From an uncultured Candidatus Saccharibacteria bacterium (lineage in GTDB: Bacteria > Patescibacteriota > Minisyncoccia > JAHISW01 > Tagabacteraceae), in NCBI GenBank assembly GCA_964601305.1, contig CAZRMW010000001.1, positions 135,450-199,449 of the forward strand: 64,000 nucleotides of DNA, given 5' to 3'. The first letter of the stretch is position 1. Each line of letters opens with the position of its first letter. The notes under the pieces were generated by a model. The model worked only from the letters and a program-made list of their open reading frames with translations, did not search any database and was not told the DNA's origin. This document shows positions 9,823 to 19,025 of the stretch, piece after piece. Position numbers and translations under genes: made by a program.

Positions 9823-10726
9823 TTTTGTTTTTTAAAAACTTGGCAATACAAGGCCCCTCTATCAAACAATCTTTTTCTTCTGTTTTGTAAAGCAAGCTAT
9901 TAAAATATTTTTCAATCTCTCTGCAATTTTTAAAATCACCAAGTTTTTTTCTGTGCCAACTAGCCAGTGGGAGGCATCTAAAAACAGATAAATCTGTGCC
10001 TATATCAAACTTTCCGGAATTACCCTCGCAACCATATTTAATCCCTTTCTTATTGAAAACATCTTTAGATAGACCACAGCCCAAACCGACTCCTATGTTT
10101 TCTCTTTTAATTTTTTGGATTTCATTTATAAGTTTTTCTGAGTTTACAGAAAAATTCGGATTAGCCAGTCTTAAAACAATATTTTTTATACCAAATCTTT
10201 TGGCAATTTTTATTAAATAGTCTGATTCAAACTTATCGTCAAAAACGACCGCACCCACCAGAGTGTTTTTAAAAACAGAAATTTTTTCTAAATTTTTTAA
10301 AACCTGGTTCCATATTTTGGAAGAATATTTTTCTTTTGGATTTATATTAAAACTATATCTTATTCGAGAATCCTTACTTAACAAAAAATCTAAAATATTT
10401 TTATCAAAAATTCCGTTTGTAAAAATTTGCACAGAAAACCCTCTTTTTAAAGACGCTTCTACAATTTCTTTGAATTTAGGGTGCAAAGTTGGCTCTCCAC
10501 CCATTAGACGCACCTTTTTTTCTCTGCTCCCCCCCAAAAAATCCAAAACTTTTTCAAAATCAGAAAAAGACATTTCTTTGTTTTTTTTCTCCATTTCGCT
10601 TTTAGCAAAACAATAAGAACATTTTTGATTACATCTATTTGTCAGTAAAATATTAGCCATAGAATATAAGTTTATTCTATATAAAATAAACCAAATGAAA
10701 AAGGCATGCTGTACAAGACAACACAC
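9815..10726 (-). CDS. Radical SAM protein (start probably at MANILLTNRCN, position 10660)
   Basis: CNQKCSYC, LMGGEPTL, Cys-containing C-terminus. Confidence 0.75.
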   Translation of the reverse strand: MCCLVQHAFFIWFILYRINLYSMANILLTNRCNQKCSYCFAKSEMEKKNKEMSFSDFEKVLDFLGGSREKKVRLMGGEPTLHPKFKEIVEASLKRGFSVQIFTNGIFDKNILDFLLSKDSRIRYSFNINPKEKYSSKIWNQVLKNLEKISVFKNTLVGAVVFDDKFESDYLIKIAKRFGIKNIVLRLANPNFSVNSEKLINEIQKIKRENIGVGLGCGLSKDVFNKKGIKYGCEGNSGKFDIGTDLSVFRCLPLASWHRKKLGDFKNCREIEKYFNSLLYKTEEKDCLIEGPCIAKFLKNKNG

Positions 10727-10749
10727 CTTTAGCTTGAAAGACCCTTACC

Positions 10750-10965
10750 TTACCAACTGGTAATTTCGGTCTCATCGACACCGAAAAACATATCGGTGTC
10801 GATGGCTGACGGCAAGTTTGTCGAAAACCATTTCATGATTTCGGCATCATTTATGTTTATGCCGAAATACATGTCAGAATCGACGGCCGACATAGGCTCG
10901 GCAGCGATGGCCAGAGAAGCAACAAAACAAACAATAAGTGCGGCGATAAGCAGTGAACGGATCAT
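10750..10965 (-). CDS. Small secreted/signal-peptide protein with two internal repeats (DSDMYFGI.../DTDMFFGV...)
   Basis: 71 aa with a hydrophobic N-terminus (LLIAALIVCFVASLAIAA). Strong SD AAGGAG 7 nt before the ATG. TTGACA-N17-TAAACT promoter on the minus strand at about 11024-11052. GC about 46% against about 30% in the flanks. Confidence 0.5.
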   Translation of the reverse strand: MIRSLLIAALIVCFVASLAIAAEPMSAVDSDMYFGININDAEIMKWFSTNLPSAIDTDMFFGVDETEITSW

Positions 10966-11066
10966 GATGTCTCTCCTTTTTTTATCTGTTTTTTAAAATA
11001 TCACATCCCATAATCTATTCTGAAGTTTATCATAGCCTATTCTATCTGTCAAGACCCTGATACAAT

Positions 11067-12233
11067 TTAAAAACGATTTAGTTTTTCTATTCTTATTCCT
11101 TCTTTTTTCTTCAACACCCTTCTTCTATGTTGACGCCCAGTACATTCACCTGCAATTTTTCCAATTGCCACATCTTTTTTAAGACAATTCTGCTCTTGAC
11201 GCATATTTACCATACTTTGATCAAACCACAATTCTTTAAGTGATGTTTTTTTTACGTTTCCAGTCGGCAAATCTTCCCTCATCCAACAAGGAACAACATT
11301 CCCTTTTTCGTTAATAAACAATGACATTTTCTCCATTAAGCAAATGTCCCCATCCAAAAACGGAGCACCGATCCAACTCCAACCCTCTTTTTGAATCTTT
11401 TCCATTTTTTGATTAAATCCAAAAATTTGCTTTTCTGTAAGTTGTAATTTTTTAAAATTATCAATAGCCCTACCAGACCACTGTATCCTTTCTACACAAG
11501 GTTGTATATTATGACCAACACACCATTTGATGATATTAGGCACCTCTTTGTAATTCAAACTACAAAGTAAATTATTGTTTATTAATCTGGTTCTGCCCCA
11601 CTGATTGCTTTTATTAAAACCTGCCGACATCAAATTAAAAACACCTTTATACATTTTAGTTGCTGCGCCAGACACACCAACTAAATAGTCTTGTGTTTTA
11701 GAATCAAAAGAATTGATCTTAAATATAATCGAACAATCTAAGTCATATAGCCTATGGGCAATCTTAGGTGTAACTAAAATTGCATTTGTCAGCAATAAAC
11801 TACGAACACCTTGGCTTCTTGTGTATTCCATTAACTTCCAAATAAAAGGATATAACAATGGTTCGCCTCGTCCAGCAAAAATTACTTGTTTAACCCCCAA
11901 ATCAGCTGCCTGCTGAATTATGTTTTTATATTCTTCTTCCGATAATATTTGACTTTTGTTTTCTTTGCCACAGCTACCCAAACAATAAATACATTTCAAA
12001 TTACATTTTTTACCAAGAAACAACTGTAGTTTGTCGGGACGATAATCAGATTCAAAATCGACTAAACTATTTTTACAATACAATTTCCTAAAAACACCTC
12101 TTTGGTTTTTTGGTAAATTCCTGTTTGTGGAAGGCAAAATATCAAAAGCTGATTTTGTTGTTTTAATCATAAAATAAATTAATTTATAAAATCTATAAAA
12201 TACTCGTAAGAATACTCTTGCTTTCTTGGACAA
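11067..12233 (-). CDS. Radical SAM protein (start likely MIKTTK, position 12170)
   Basis: CNLKCIYCLGSC, FAGRGEPLL, Cys in the C-terminal part. Confidence 0.75.
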   Translation of the reverse strand: MSKKARVFLRVFYRFYKLIYFMIKTTKSAFDILPSTNRNLPKNQRGVFRKLYCKNSLVDFESDYRPDKLQLFLGKKCNLKCIYCLGSCGKENKSQILSEEEYKNIIQQAADLGVKQVIFAGRGEPLLYPFIWKLMEYTRSQGVRSLLLTNAILVTPKIAHRLYDLDCSIIFKINSFDSKTQDYLVGVSGAATKMYKGVFNLMSAGFNKSNQWGRTRLINNNLLCSLNYKEVPNIIKWCVGHNIQPCVERIQWSGRAIDNFKKLQLTEKQIFGFNQKMEKIQKEGWSWIGAPFLDGDICLMEKMSLFINEKGNVVPCWMREDLPTGNVKKTSLKELWFDQSMVNMRQEQNCLKKDVAIGKIAGECTGRQHRRRVLKKKEGIRIEKLNRF

Positions 12234-13147
12234 AATCTTTTTTTAGTATCTTCTATAGATATTGAAAAACTATTCCCCCAATTAAGGTGTTCGTACCCTT
12301 TATTGGCAAGCATTTCTAGAAAAAAGAGATTCAAAACACCACTAGCACCCGGTATTTTTCTGTCTACACACAAAACACTTCCAGATAAATTCTTTGATTT
12401 TGCAAGTTTGAAGGCAATATTTATCCCTATTGGACGCTGGTTGCAACACAAAACAAAACTTTCATACAATCTTGGGTTTTTTAGTGTTTCTTTTACTATT
12501 CTTAGATTCTTATTATAAACATGCTTGTAAGTAACAAGATTGGTCTCCTCTTTCTCCGCCCCCCTCTCTTTGTGTTTTTTCCAATCATCTAAAAGTCTTT
12601 TTACGCCACAATAATTACTATCTAACAATGGCTGGTAGGAAATTTGTTGTTTAGTTTTCTGTTTAGCTACAAAATTAAAAAAACTATTCCAACTTTTTCG
12701 TCTTAAATCAGGCTTGTCAGACAAAAAATCTTCTAAGTTTTTATAATCAGGCAGGTAAGAAATAAGCCTCTTTCGTTTTACAAATTTTATGGATTTGAAC
12801 TTTTCGTTGTGCAAATATTTATCTAAAACCTGTTCTGGCAACTCCCAAAGCCAAGCTTTTCTAAAATTTTTACCTAATTTATCTTTTCGTTTGATTAAAA
12901 AAGAAAATAATTTCTCTTGCCAATCTTTACCCTTGGGACAACAGAAAAAATACATTCCTGAATTAAACTTACCAAAAAAGAAAATATCTTTCCCGTCGTT
13001 GTAACTCAGGGCTAGTTTATTGCCATCAATATAATTATCAACAAAAGCTTCGCTGTCACTAAAAAAAGAAGAATTGGGGCTACATAAACGATTAAAGAGT
13101 TCTACGTCACCCTTATTAATTGAATGTATTTCAGATAAATTAACCAT
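12179..13147 (-). CDS. Hypothetical protein (322 aa), no confident family assignment
   Basis: Long ORF co-directional within the operon. No recognisable motif. Confidence 0.45.
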   Translation of the reverse strand: MVNLSEIHSINKGDVELFNRLCSPNSSFFSDSEAFVDNYIDGNKLALSYNDGKDIFFFGKFNSGMYFFCCPKGKDWQEKLFSFLIKRKDKLGKNFRKAWLWELPEQVLDKYLHNEKFKSIKFVKRKRLISYLPDYKNLEDFLSDKPDLRRKSWNSFFNFVAKQKTKQQISYQPLLDSNYCGVKRLLDDWKKHKERGAEKEETNLVTYKHVYNKNLRIVKETLKNPRLYESFVLCCNQRPIGINIAFKLAKSKNLSGSVLCVDRKIPGASGVLNLFFLEMLANKGYEHLNWGNSFSISIEDTKKRFCPRKQEYSYEYFIDFIN

Positions 13148-13157
13148 TATTAAATAT

Positions 13158-14531
13158 TTAATTAAAATCTTTTTCTAGTTTAGGGTGATTTGGAAGATTT
13201 TCTAGCTTCTTAAGAGCAATTAAAATCTCCGACAAACTAGTCTGACAAAATAAATGCACCCAATCATTAATCATCTCCTGTCTATCAAAACTATCTTTAT
13301 ATTTATATTTCTTCTCCATTTTTTTAACCAATAATTGAAAAGACAAAGAATTAGGCAAAGGCTCAAAAATATGAGACAAGACCACATTCATACCTAACGC
13401 ATTAAGTTTATACACAAAATCTACTGTCCGATCTATTGAATCTTTGCTTTCTCCTGGACCACCAAACACAAAATTCCCTATTACACTAATTCCGGCTTTC
13501 TTCAAATCTTTTACAGCCTTAAACCCAATACTAGTTACTGTGCCTTTTTTCATAGAAGAAAGTATTTTTGGATCACCGCTTTCTAGCCCCAAAACAACCT
13601 GATGAATGTTGAGATCTTTAATTTTTTTAATATTCTCAGAATTTATATCATCAGCTCTAGCATAAACTCTCATTCGTGGTTTAAAACTATATCCTTTGTA
13701 CAAACTGTGAAATTCTTTAAACCAACCTTTCTGATCAAAAAAATCATCACTAATATCCCAAATAAGATCCGCGTTAAATTTTTTTACCAAAGAATCTATC
13801 TCTTCCAAAACTAAATGGGGACTACGAGCTCTTAGGCTCTTATACATTCTAGAACAAAAAATACAGCCACCTTTTGAATTTGTGCGCCAACCACAACCCT
13901 TTTTTGAATATATATGAAAAACATTTTTGTAAAAGCGATCAGGCCATTTTTGATCGAAAATTTTATAATATTTTTTATAATCAATTATTTCCCGACCAAA
14001 ATTGGGCAAGCTGTTTAAATCAACGTGTTCAATTATATTTTTTTTAATAGAGCCGTCTTTTCTGTCTTGGAAAACAAGATTCTTTATTTTGCTTAAAGGT
14101 TTGCCTATTGCATATTCATAAAAACTCCTTTCCCCATCTTCTTGAATAACCGCATCAACACAATAATTATCAGAACAAATTCCTCGATTTAGCATAATTT
14201 CTTCAGCAAGACCTGTTGCATGATGGCCACCCATAACAACTTTACTGCCCAACATCTTCGATTTTAAAGCCAAAGACAAAGCATTGCCATAATTAACAAG
14301 CATTGGTCCAATTCCCACCAAGTCCGGTTTATTTTCTTCTAAAAAAGAAATAGTTTCAGAAAGATCCAAAATTTGGCCATCTAAAATATGTATTTCTGCT
14401 TTTAAATTTTTTCTTTCTAAATAATTAGCCAGACTAATAGCCCAAAGTGGTGGATAAATACACCCCTCAATAAAAACGTTATCATTATATCCATCGTCGT
14501 CTTTTGGGGGATCTATCAACACAATAATCAT
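13158..14531 (-). CDS. B12-binding domain / radical SAM (class B rSAM, methyltransferase-like)
   Basis: N-terminal Rossmann-like cobalamin-binding region (LVGIGPM...VVMGGHHATG), then CGWRTNSKGGCIFC and LGLESGD. Typical class-B architecture. Confidence 0.7.
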   Translation of the reverse strand: MIIVLIDPPKDDDGYNDNVFIEGCIYPPLWAISLANYLERKNLKAEIHILDGQILDLSETISFLEENKPDLVGIGPMLVNYGNALSLALKSKMLGSKVVMGGHHATGLAEEIMLNRGICSDNYCVDAVIQEDGERSFYEYAIGKPLSKIKNLVFQDRKDGSIKKNIIEHVDLNSLPNFGREIIDYKKYYKIFDQKWPDRFYKNVFHIYSKKGCGWRTNSKGGCIFCSRMYKSLRARSPHLVLEEIDSLVKKFNADLIWDISDDFFDQKGWFKEFHSLYKGYSFKPRMRVYARADDINSENIKKIKDLNIHQVVLGLESGDPKILSSMKKGTVTSIGFKAVKDLKKAGISVIGNFVFGGPGESKDSIDRTVDFVYKLNALGMNVVLSHIFEPLPNSLSFQLLVKKMEKKYKYKDSFDRQEMINDWVHLFCQTSLSEILIALKKLENLPNHPKLEKDFN

Positions 14532-15241
14532 AGATGACTTTTTTTAAGAATATATATTGGATAAAGTTCAAAATCGCTGTAATCAGCAGCCATTTTTAAA
14601 TCACGAACAATAAAATATTTTGATAAAAGCTCATCAATTTCTTCTACTGTTCTTTGTGTAAGAATTTGAGAATCATTCTTTTTGTTAATAATATTTTTAT
14701 CAAACAAACACACGCGGGTAACAAAAAATCCAGTCTCTTTCAGCAAAAGAGAAATTCTTTTTAAAAATTCCGCTTGTTCATTTGGCTCAAAATTACACAA
14801 AACAAAATCACCAATAATTAAATCAAAATGACTTTCTTTTAAAAAACCAGTCAAATCCATCCAATTAGCCTTTGTCCATTTTTCATTATTTTTAACCTCC
14901 TCTTTACATACCACAACATCAATATTAAGCTTAAACAAAACATCTCTTATTTCTGGGGTAGAACCTAAGAGCAAAACTTTTTCTTTTATGCTTATTTGAT
15001 TAAAAATCAGCAAGTAATTTTTGATATCTTCTGGAGAAAGCCTAAAAGGAGAAGAATATTCGGCCCACCTTGATAAAGCGCCACCCTGATCTAGTTCGTC
15101 AAATAAGCTATTGTTATTCGACAATTCTAATGATTTCTGTAGTTTTTTATTGTTGTTTATACCTCTTATTGTCATTAATTTTTCAGCTGATATTTTAAAT
15201 TTCTTTTGTGTTATTCTCTCATAAAAAGTATGGGCACTCAA
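14528..15241 (-). CDS. Rossmann-fold SAM-dependent methyltransferase-like protein (paralog A)
   Basis: VLLLGSTPEIRDV...VVVCKEE and FDLIIGDFVLCNFEPNEQAEFLKRISLLLKETGFFV (motif II/III-like). Paralogous to 15284..16135. Confidence 0.4.
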   Translation of the reverse strand: MSAHTFYERITQKKFKISAEKLMTIRGINNNKKLQKSLELSNNNSLFDELDQGGALSRWAEYSSPFRLSPEDIKNYLLIFNQISIKEKVLLLGSTPEIRDVLFKLNIDVVVCKEEVKNNEKWTKANWMDLTGFLKESHFDLIIGDFVLCNFEPNEQAEFLKRISLLLKETGFFVTRVCLFDKNIINKKNDSQILTQRTVEEIDELLSKYFIVRDLKMAADYSDFELYPIYILKKSHL

Positions 15242-15283
15242 GCATTTGTACCAAAAGAAGTATATATTAATTTAATACGACGC

Positions 15284-16135
15284 TCACTCCAAGCATCGTT
15301 TTTTCATTTTGTATACTGGATAAAATTCCGAATCTATATAGTCACCAGAGTTTATATTTTTATTTATATAAAAACTATCCAAAAACATTTTTTCTAATTC
15401 TTCTTTAGTATTCTGAACCCATGTTCTCTTCCCTCTCCATTTTTTTAAAATATTTTCTAAAACAACTTTTTCTCTTTTGCTTGTTGTTTTGTTATTTAAA
15501 TAGTTATAAATATCATTGGTAAATTTTTCTTTATTAATTTTTTTATTTTTCAGATTTGTGTTTTTATCAAACAAACGAGATGTTATAAGATCCTCGATCA
15601 ATTTACTTTTCAAAACAGAATATTTTTTAAAAGCGTTTTTTATTATATTTTCTGACTTAAAATTAATCATTTTTTTGTTAAAACAATGTATTCTCGTAAT
15701 AAAAATTCCTTCTTTGTTTAATAGTCTTGAGATTTTGTTTAAAAACTTGCTTTGGTATTTGGTCTCAATATTTCGCAAAACCAAATCTCCCAAAATAAAA
15801 TCAAAATAATTATCCTCAAAAAATTTATCTAAATTTAACCAATCAATTTTTATCCATTCTTCTTTGTTTTTGTTAATTTTGTATCCTAATTTAGTCATTT
15901 CTTCCATCATTTCTATAGAAAAATCTGCCACAGTAATTTTAGAACTATTTTTTGAAAAAATTTCTCTAATTTCTGGGGTAGCTCCCAACAATAATATTTT
16001 TTTATTACTATCTATACCAGAAAAATAATTTTTTATGTCCTTTTTAGAAGGTCTGAAAGGGAAAGTATATTTATTCCATAACAAAGAAGCATTTTCCCAA
16101 TTTGATTTTTTAAAATTACTCTTTTTTGTTTTCAT
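15284..16135 (-). CDS. Rossmann-fold SAM-dependent methyltransferase-like protein (paralog B)
   Basis: ILLLGATPEIREIF, FDFILGDLVLRNIETKYQSKFLNKISRLLNKEGIFI. Clearly homologous to 14528..15241. Confidence 0.4.
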   Translation of the reverse strand: MKTKKSNFKKSNWENASLLWNKYTFPFRPSKKDIKNYFSGIDSNKKILLLGATPEIREIFSKNSSKITVADFSIEMMEEMTKLGYKINKNKEEWIKIDWLNLDKFFEDNYFDFILGDLVLRNIETKYQSKFLNKISRLLNKEGIFITRIHCFNKKMINFKSENIIKNAFKKYSVLKSKLIEDLITSRLFDKNTNLKNKKINKEKFTNDIYNYLNNKTTSKREKVVLENILKKWRGKRTWVQNTKEELEKMFLDSFYINKNINSGDYIDSEFYPVYKMKKRCLE

Positions 16136-16197
16136 TAAAAAATAATACCAAAGGATTGGTATTTATAAAACACAAACAACTAGCTGTAATCTCAAAA
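16136..16197 (-). terminator. Intra-operon hairpin plus U-tract (partial terminator/attenuator) between the membrane-protein gene and the methyltransferase-like genes
   Basis: On the minus strand, AAUACCAAUCCUUUGGUAUU (8-bp stem) is followed by AUUUUUUA immediately before the next start codon. Confidence 0.4.
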
Positions 16198-17109
16198 CTA
16201 CTCAATCTCACACAACAAACCTAAAAAAACACTTAAATGTTCCGTCTCGCAATAATCTCCCTTGATGTATTCTTCGTATTCTTTTATCCTTAAAATTTCG
16301 TCATTGCATACTATTTCTGAAGTTCCCATATTTTTACAAACTAGACGAGAAAAATCTTCACCTAAAGATCTATAGGCATAAGCAATTCTAATACCAGTCT
16401 GCACCTCTCTTATTTTTTTATTTTCTACCAAAGGCCCTATGCCCTCTATCGCTTTGAGTGCTTCACCTTCTTCTAGCCCGGAAAAACTCTTTGCAACGTC
16501 ACAAATATTATCACATTTCTTCGGAAATCCACTAGGAGTAGTGTCCAAAGAATTTAATCCATCCTCACATCTTTTTGTTAAAAGACTACAAGTATCTTCG
16601 TTTAAATCTTCTACTGTGGCTAAAACAAGTATAAGTTTATTAAAACCTTCTCTTTCTTCTAATTTTTCCAGATATGTTTTTTTTGATTCATCAGCAGTAT
16701 CTTCTTGATAATTTATATTTTCAATAAAATTTTTAGCTCTATTATAAAAATCTTCATCATTAGGATTTGCAAGAGATTTACATATTAAATATCTTCTAAG
16801 TTTACCGACAGCCAAAGACATTCTGTCTAATTCAAATGTAGTATTTCTAAAAACAATGTTGTTAACCTTAAAATCCAAGCTTTTGTCTGATTCTTTTAGA
16901 TTTGCTAATTTTTCTATCAACTCATCGTCTGATAAATTTTTAGATTCTTCTAAACATTTTGCTTTTACCGCTTCTGATGAAATATGGTGTTGGTCTCTAC
17001 TAAAAAACCAAAAAGCCACAGCTAATAAAATCAAAACAACTGCTGTAAATATTATTGAAAATTTTTTATTTTGTAGCATTTGAAAAATTAATAAGCCGGA
17101 CTCATACAC
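16198..17109 (-). CDS. Membrane-anchored Cys-rich hypothetical protein
   Basis: N-terminal TM segment (FSIIFTAVVLILLAVAFWFF) and many Cys residues. Probable start at M11, which removes the overlap with the precursor gene. Confidence 0.5.
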   Translation of the reverse strand: MYESGLLIFQMLQNKKFSIIFTAVVLILLAVAFWFFSRDQHHISSEAVKAKCLEESKNLSDDELIEKLANLKESDKSLDFKVNNIVFRNTTFELDRMSLAVGKLRRYLICKSLANPNDEDFYNRAKNFIENINYQEDTADESKKTYLEKLEEREGFNKLILVLATVEDLNEDTCSLLTKRCEDGLNSLDTTPSGFPKKCDNICDVAKSFSGLEEGEALKAIEGIGPLVENKKIREVQTGIRIAYAYRSLGEDFSRLVCKNMGTSEIVCNDEILRIKEYEEYIKGDYCETEHLSVFLGLLCEIE

Positions 17110-17570
17110 CCGCCACCACTACAACACGCAAAACAAACACAAGCATTTGAATGGTTTGCATGAGAACTATGTGAACCATGGCTACCGTGTGATCCATGAC
17201 TACCGTGACGGCCGTGACTACCGTGAGACCCATGCGATCCATGCGAACCATGAGATCCGTGACTACCATGCGATCCGTGACTACCATGCGATCCGTGACT
17301 GCCGTGAGAACCATGTGAGCCATGAGAACCGTGAGACCCATGCGAGCCATGCGAACCGTGAGACCCGTGGCTACCGTGTGATGCATGAGAACAATCAGCC
17401 GAACTTGTATTTGGCTTCATCGCCCCCGAAAGCACAACACCCAAAGACAGCACCCCCATAGCAATTTTGGCAGCACTTTTTTTATTTATTCTACCCTCTT
17501 CACTATTTAAAAAAGCTTTTATATCTTTTTTAATTTGAGGAAATTTTTCTTCCGATTTCTTTTTGGCCAT
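17088..17570 (-). CDS. His-Xaa-Ser repeat (HxsA-like) precursor-type protein: leader/TM-like N-terminus, 27 S-H-G-type triplets, Cys-rich tail CVCFACCSGGGC
   Basis: Translation MAKKKSEEKF...SSADC-SHA-(SHG)19-RHG-(SHG)3-SHS-SHA-NHS-NACVCFACCSGGGCMSPAY. A rSAM/SPASM gene sits directly upstream. Confidence 0.8.
   Translation of the reverse strand: MAKKKSEEKFPQIKKDIKAFLNSEEGRINKKSAAKIAMGVLSLGVVLSGAMKPNTSSADCSHASHGSHGSHGSHGSHGSHGSHGSHGSHGSHGSHGSHGSHGSHGSHGSHGSHGSHGSHGRHGSHGSHGSHGSHSSHANHSNACVCFACCSGGGCMSPAY
17148..17390 (-). repeat. 9-bp-periodic coding tandem repeat encoding Ser-His-Gly triplets
   Basis: catgNccgtgNNtaccgtg-type periodicity with varied codons (synonymous heterogeneity), so not a recent slippage array. 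Confidence 0.85.
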
Positions 17571-17591
17571 TAACTAAATTATAACAATTAT

Positions 17592-19022
17592 TTAATTTTT
17601 ATTAAACCAGTCTTCTAAAATTTTTCTAGACTCTTTATTTTTAAGTTTTTCAAACAAAAACTCTAGTGTTGCCATATTTATCTTACACCTTTCATTTGAA
17701 GACATTTGCCCAAAAATATTTCCCTGAACAAAATAATTGTATATAGGGCAAACCCCGCAATACGGCTTGTAGGCACAATCGCAACACCCGGGCAGACCAT
17801 CTAAGCACGACGCCATACACATAGTTCTAGATACAGGACTAGCTACTATTTCTTGGTAACTATCCTTGGAAACATTGCCAAGTCTAAAACTTTCATCGCC
17901 CATCATACTCATCATTCTGCCTTCATCGCACGTGTAAACATCGCCATTATAATTGTAAGCTAGCTGCCCTATACCTGCTCCGCACGGAGACCTAAAATCT
18001 AAATGGTTTGGGTCTTTGTGAGTTAAAATTTTTGCCAAAAAAGTAATAGCCATTTTTTCCCTGAAATCTACCCCTTTTTTGTTTAATTCTAAAATATAAT
18101 CAAAAGCGGCTTTGTAGAAATCCATATATTCATCGGTAGTATAGCCAATTTTTTCAAAATGATTTTTAGAAAAACCAAATGGATTAAGCGGTCTTAAATA
18201 AACATCGGAAAATCCAAGCTTAATAAATTCGTCTATCATTTTTTTATAATATGGCAAAGAGAATTTGCTTACGGTTACAGAAGGACTTAGTTTGTAAATA
18301 TAGCCTTTTTTCTTTAGCTGTGGATACATCTTATTAAACTTTTTCGCCCATTTAATCGCATGTTTGTAGCTGTTTTTATTTTTGCCACTTATTATTGGCC
18401 TGTTTTTATTGTGGACACCCTCTGGGCCGTCTAAAGAAATACAAAAACTCACTTTGTTGTCTATTAGATATTTAAACTTGTTTTCTGTCATCAAAGAAAA
18501 ATTAGAAACTAACCTTAGTTGCAAATCTTTATTAGCTTTTTTATTTTTTTCTTGCGCATACTCAATAATAAATTTTACTATAGACCAATTCACCAGTGGT
18601 TCTCCCCCCTGAAATTCTATTGCCACAAAATCACTTGTTGTTTCAAAAATTTTATCAACCACGCTTTTTGCAGTTTTTTTATCCATATCTAAATCCCCTC
18701 TATCTAAATCTTGGGCGCTTGCATGACAATATACACACTTATGATTGCATCTTAAAGTAACCACAACTATGTGCAAACTGGGTCCACCAAAAACAAAATC
18801 ATTTTTAGATTTATATTTTTCTATTACATAGCTTAAGTCTGCTTCATTTTTTAAGAAATTTTTGTCCTCTAGTTTTTTGTATAGTTTACTCCTCTTTTTT
18901 ACTTTTCCATCTTTAAAATCTTGAAAATCTTCTTTACCTAAAAACAAAAAATCACCAACATCGTTGGTTAAAAAATATTCATCTCCCACTAATTTAAAAC
19001 GAAAATGACTAGGTTTGCTCAT
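17592..19022 (-). CDS. Radical SAM/SPASM maturase (HxsB/HxsC-like, anSME-like)
   Basis: CNHKCVYCHA, FQGGEPLV, C-terminal SPASM cysteines (CGAGIGQ...C...CMASC...CCDCAYKPYCGVCP). Confidence 0.8.
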   Translation of the reverse strand: MSKPSHFRFKLVGDEYFLTNDVGDFLFLGKEDFQDFKDGKVKKRSKLYKKLEDKNFLKNEADLSYVIEKYKSKNDFVFGGPSLHIVVVTLRCNHKCVYCHASAQDLDRGDLDMDKKTAKSVVDKIFETTSDFVAIEFQGGEPLVNWSIVKFIIEYAQEKNKKANKDLQLRLVSNFSLMTENKFKYLIDNKVSFCISLDGPEGVHNKNRPIISGKNKNSYKHAIKWAKKFNKMYPQLKKKGYIYKLSPSVTVSKFSLPYYKKMIDEFIKLGFSDVYLRPLNPFGFSKNHFEKIGYTTDEYMDFYKAAFDYILELNKKGVDFREKMAITFLAKILTHKDPNHLDFRSPCGAGIGQLAYNYNGDVYTCDEGRMMSMMGDESFRLGNVSKDSYQEIVASPVSRTMCMASCLDGLPGCCDCAYKPYCGVCPIYNYFVQGNIFGQMSSNERCKINMATLEFLFEKLKNKESRKILEDWFNKN

Positions 19023-19025
19023 AAA

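Noticed and set aside
17148-17390. Possible CRISPR-like or slippage array because of 9-bp periodicity
   Set aside because: The period is too short, there are no spacers, the repeat is in-frame coding with synonymous variation, and no cas genes are present. It is a protein repeat.
17102-17461. Long ORFs on both strands overlapping the precursor repeat (17102..17386 minus, 17147..17461 plus)
   Set aside because: They are produced by the 9-bp periodic repeat being open in several frames. The frame with a leader, repeats and Cys tail, preceded by an operon-consistent context, is the real one.
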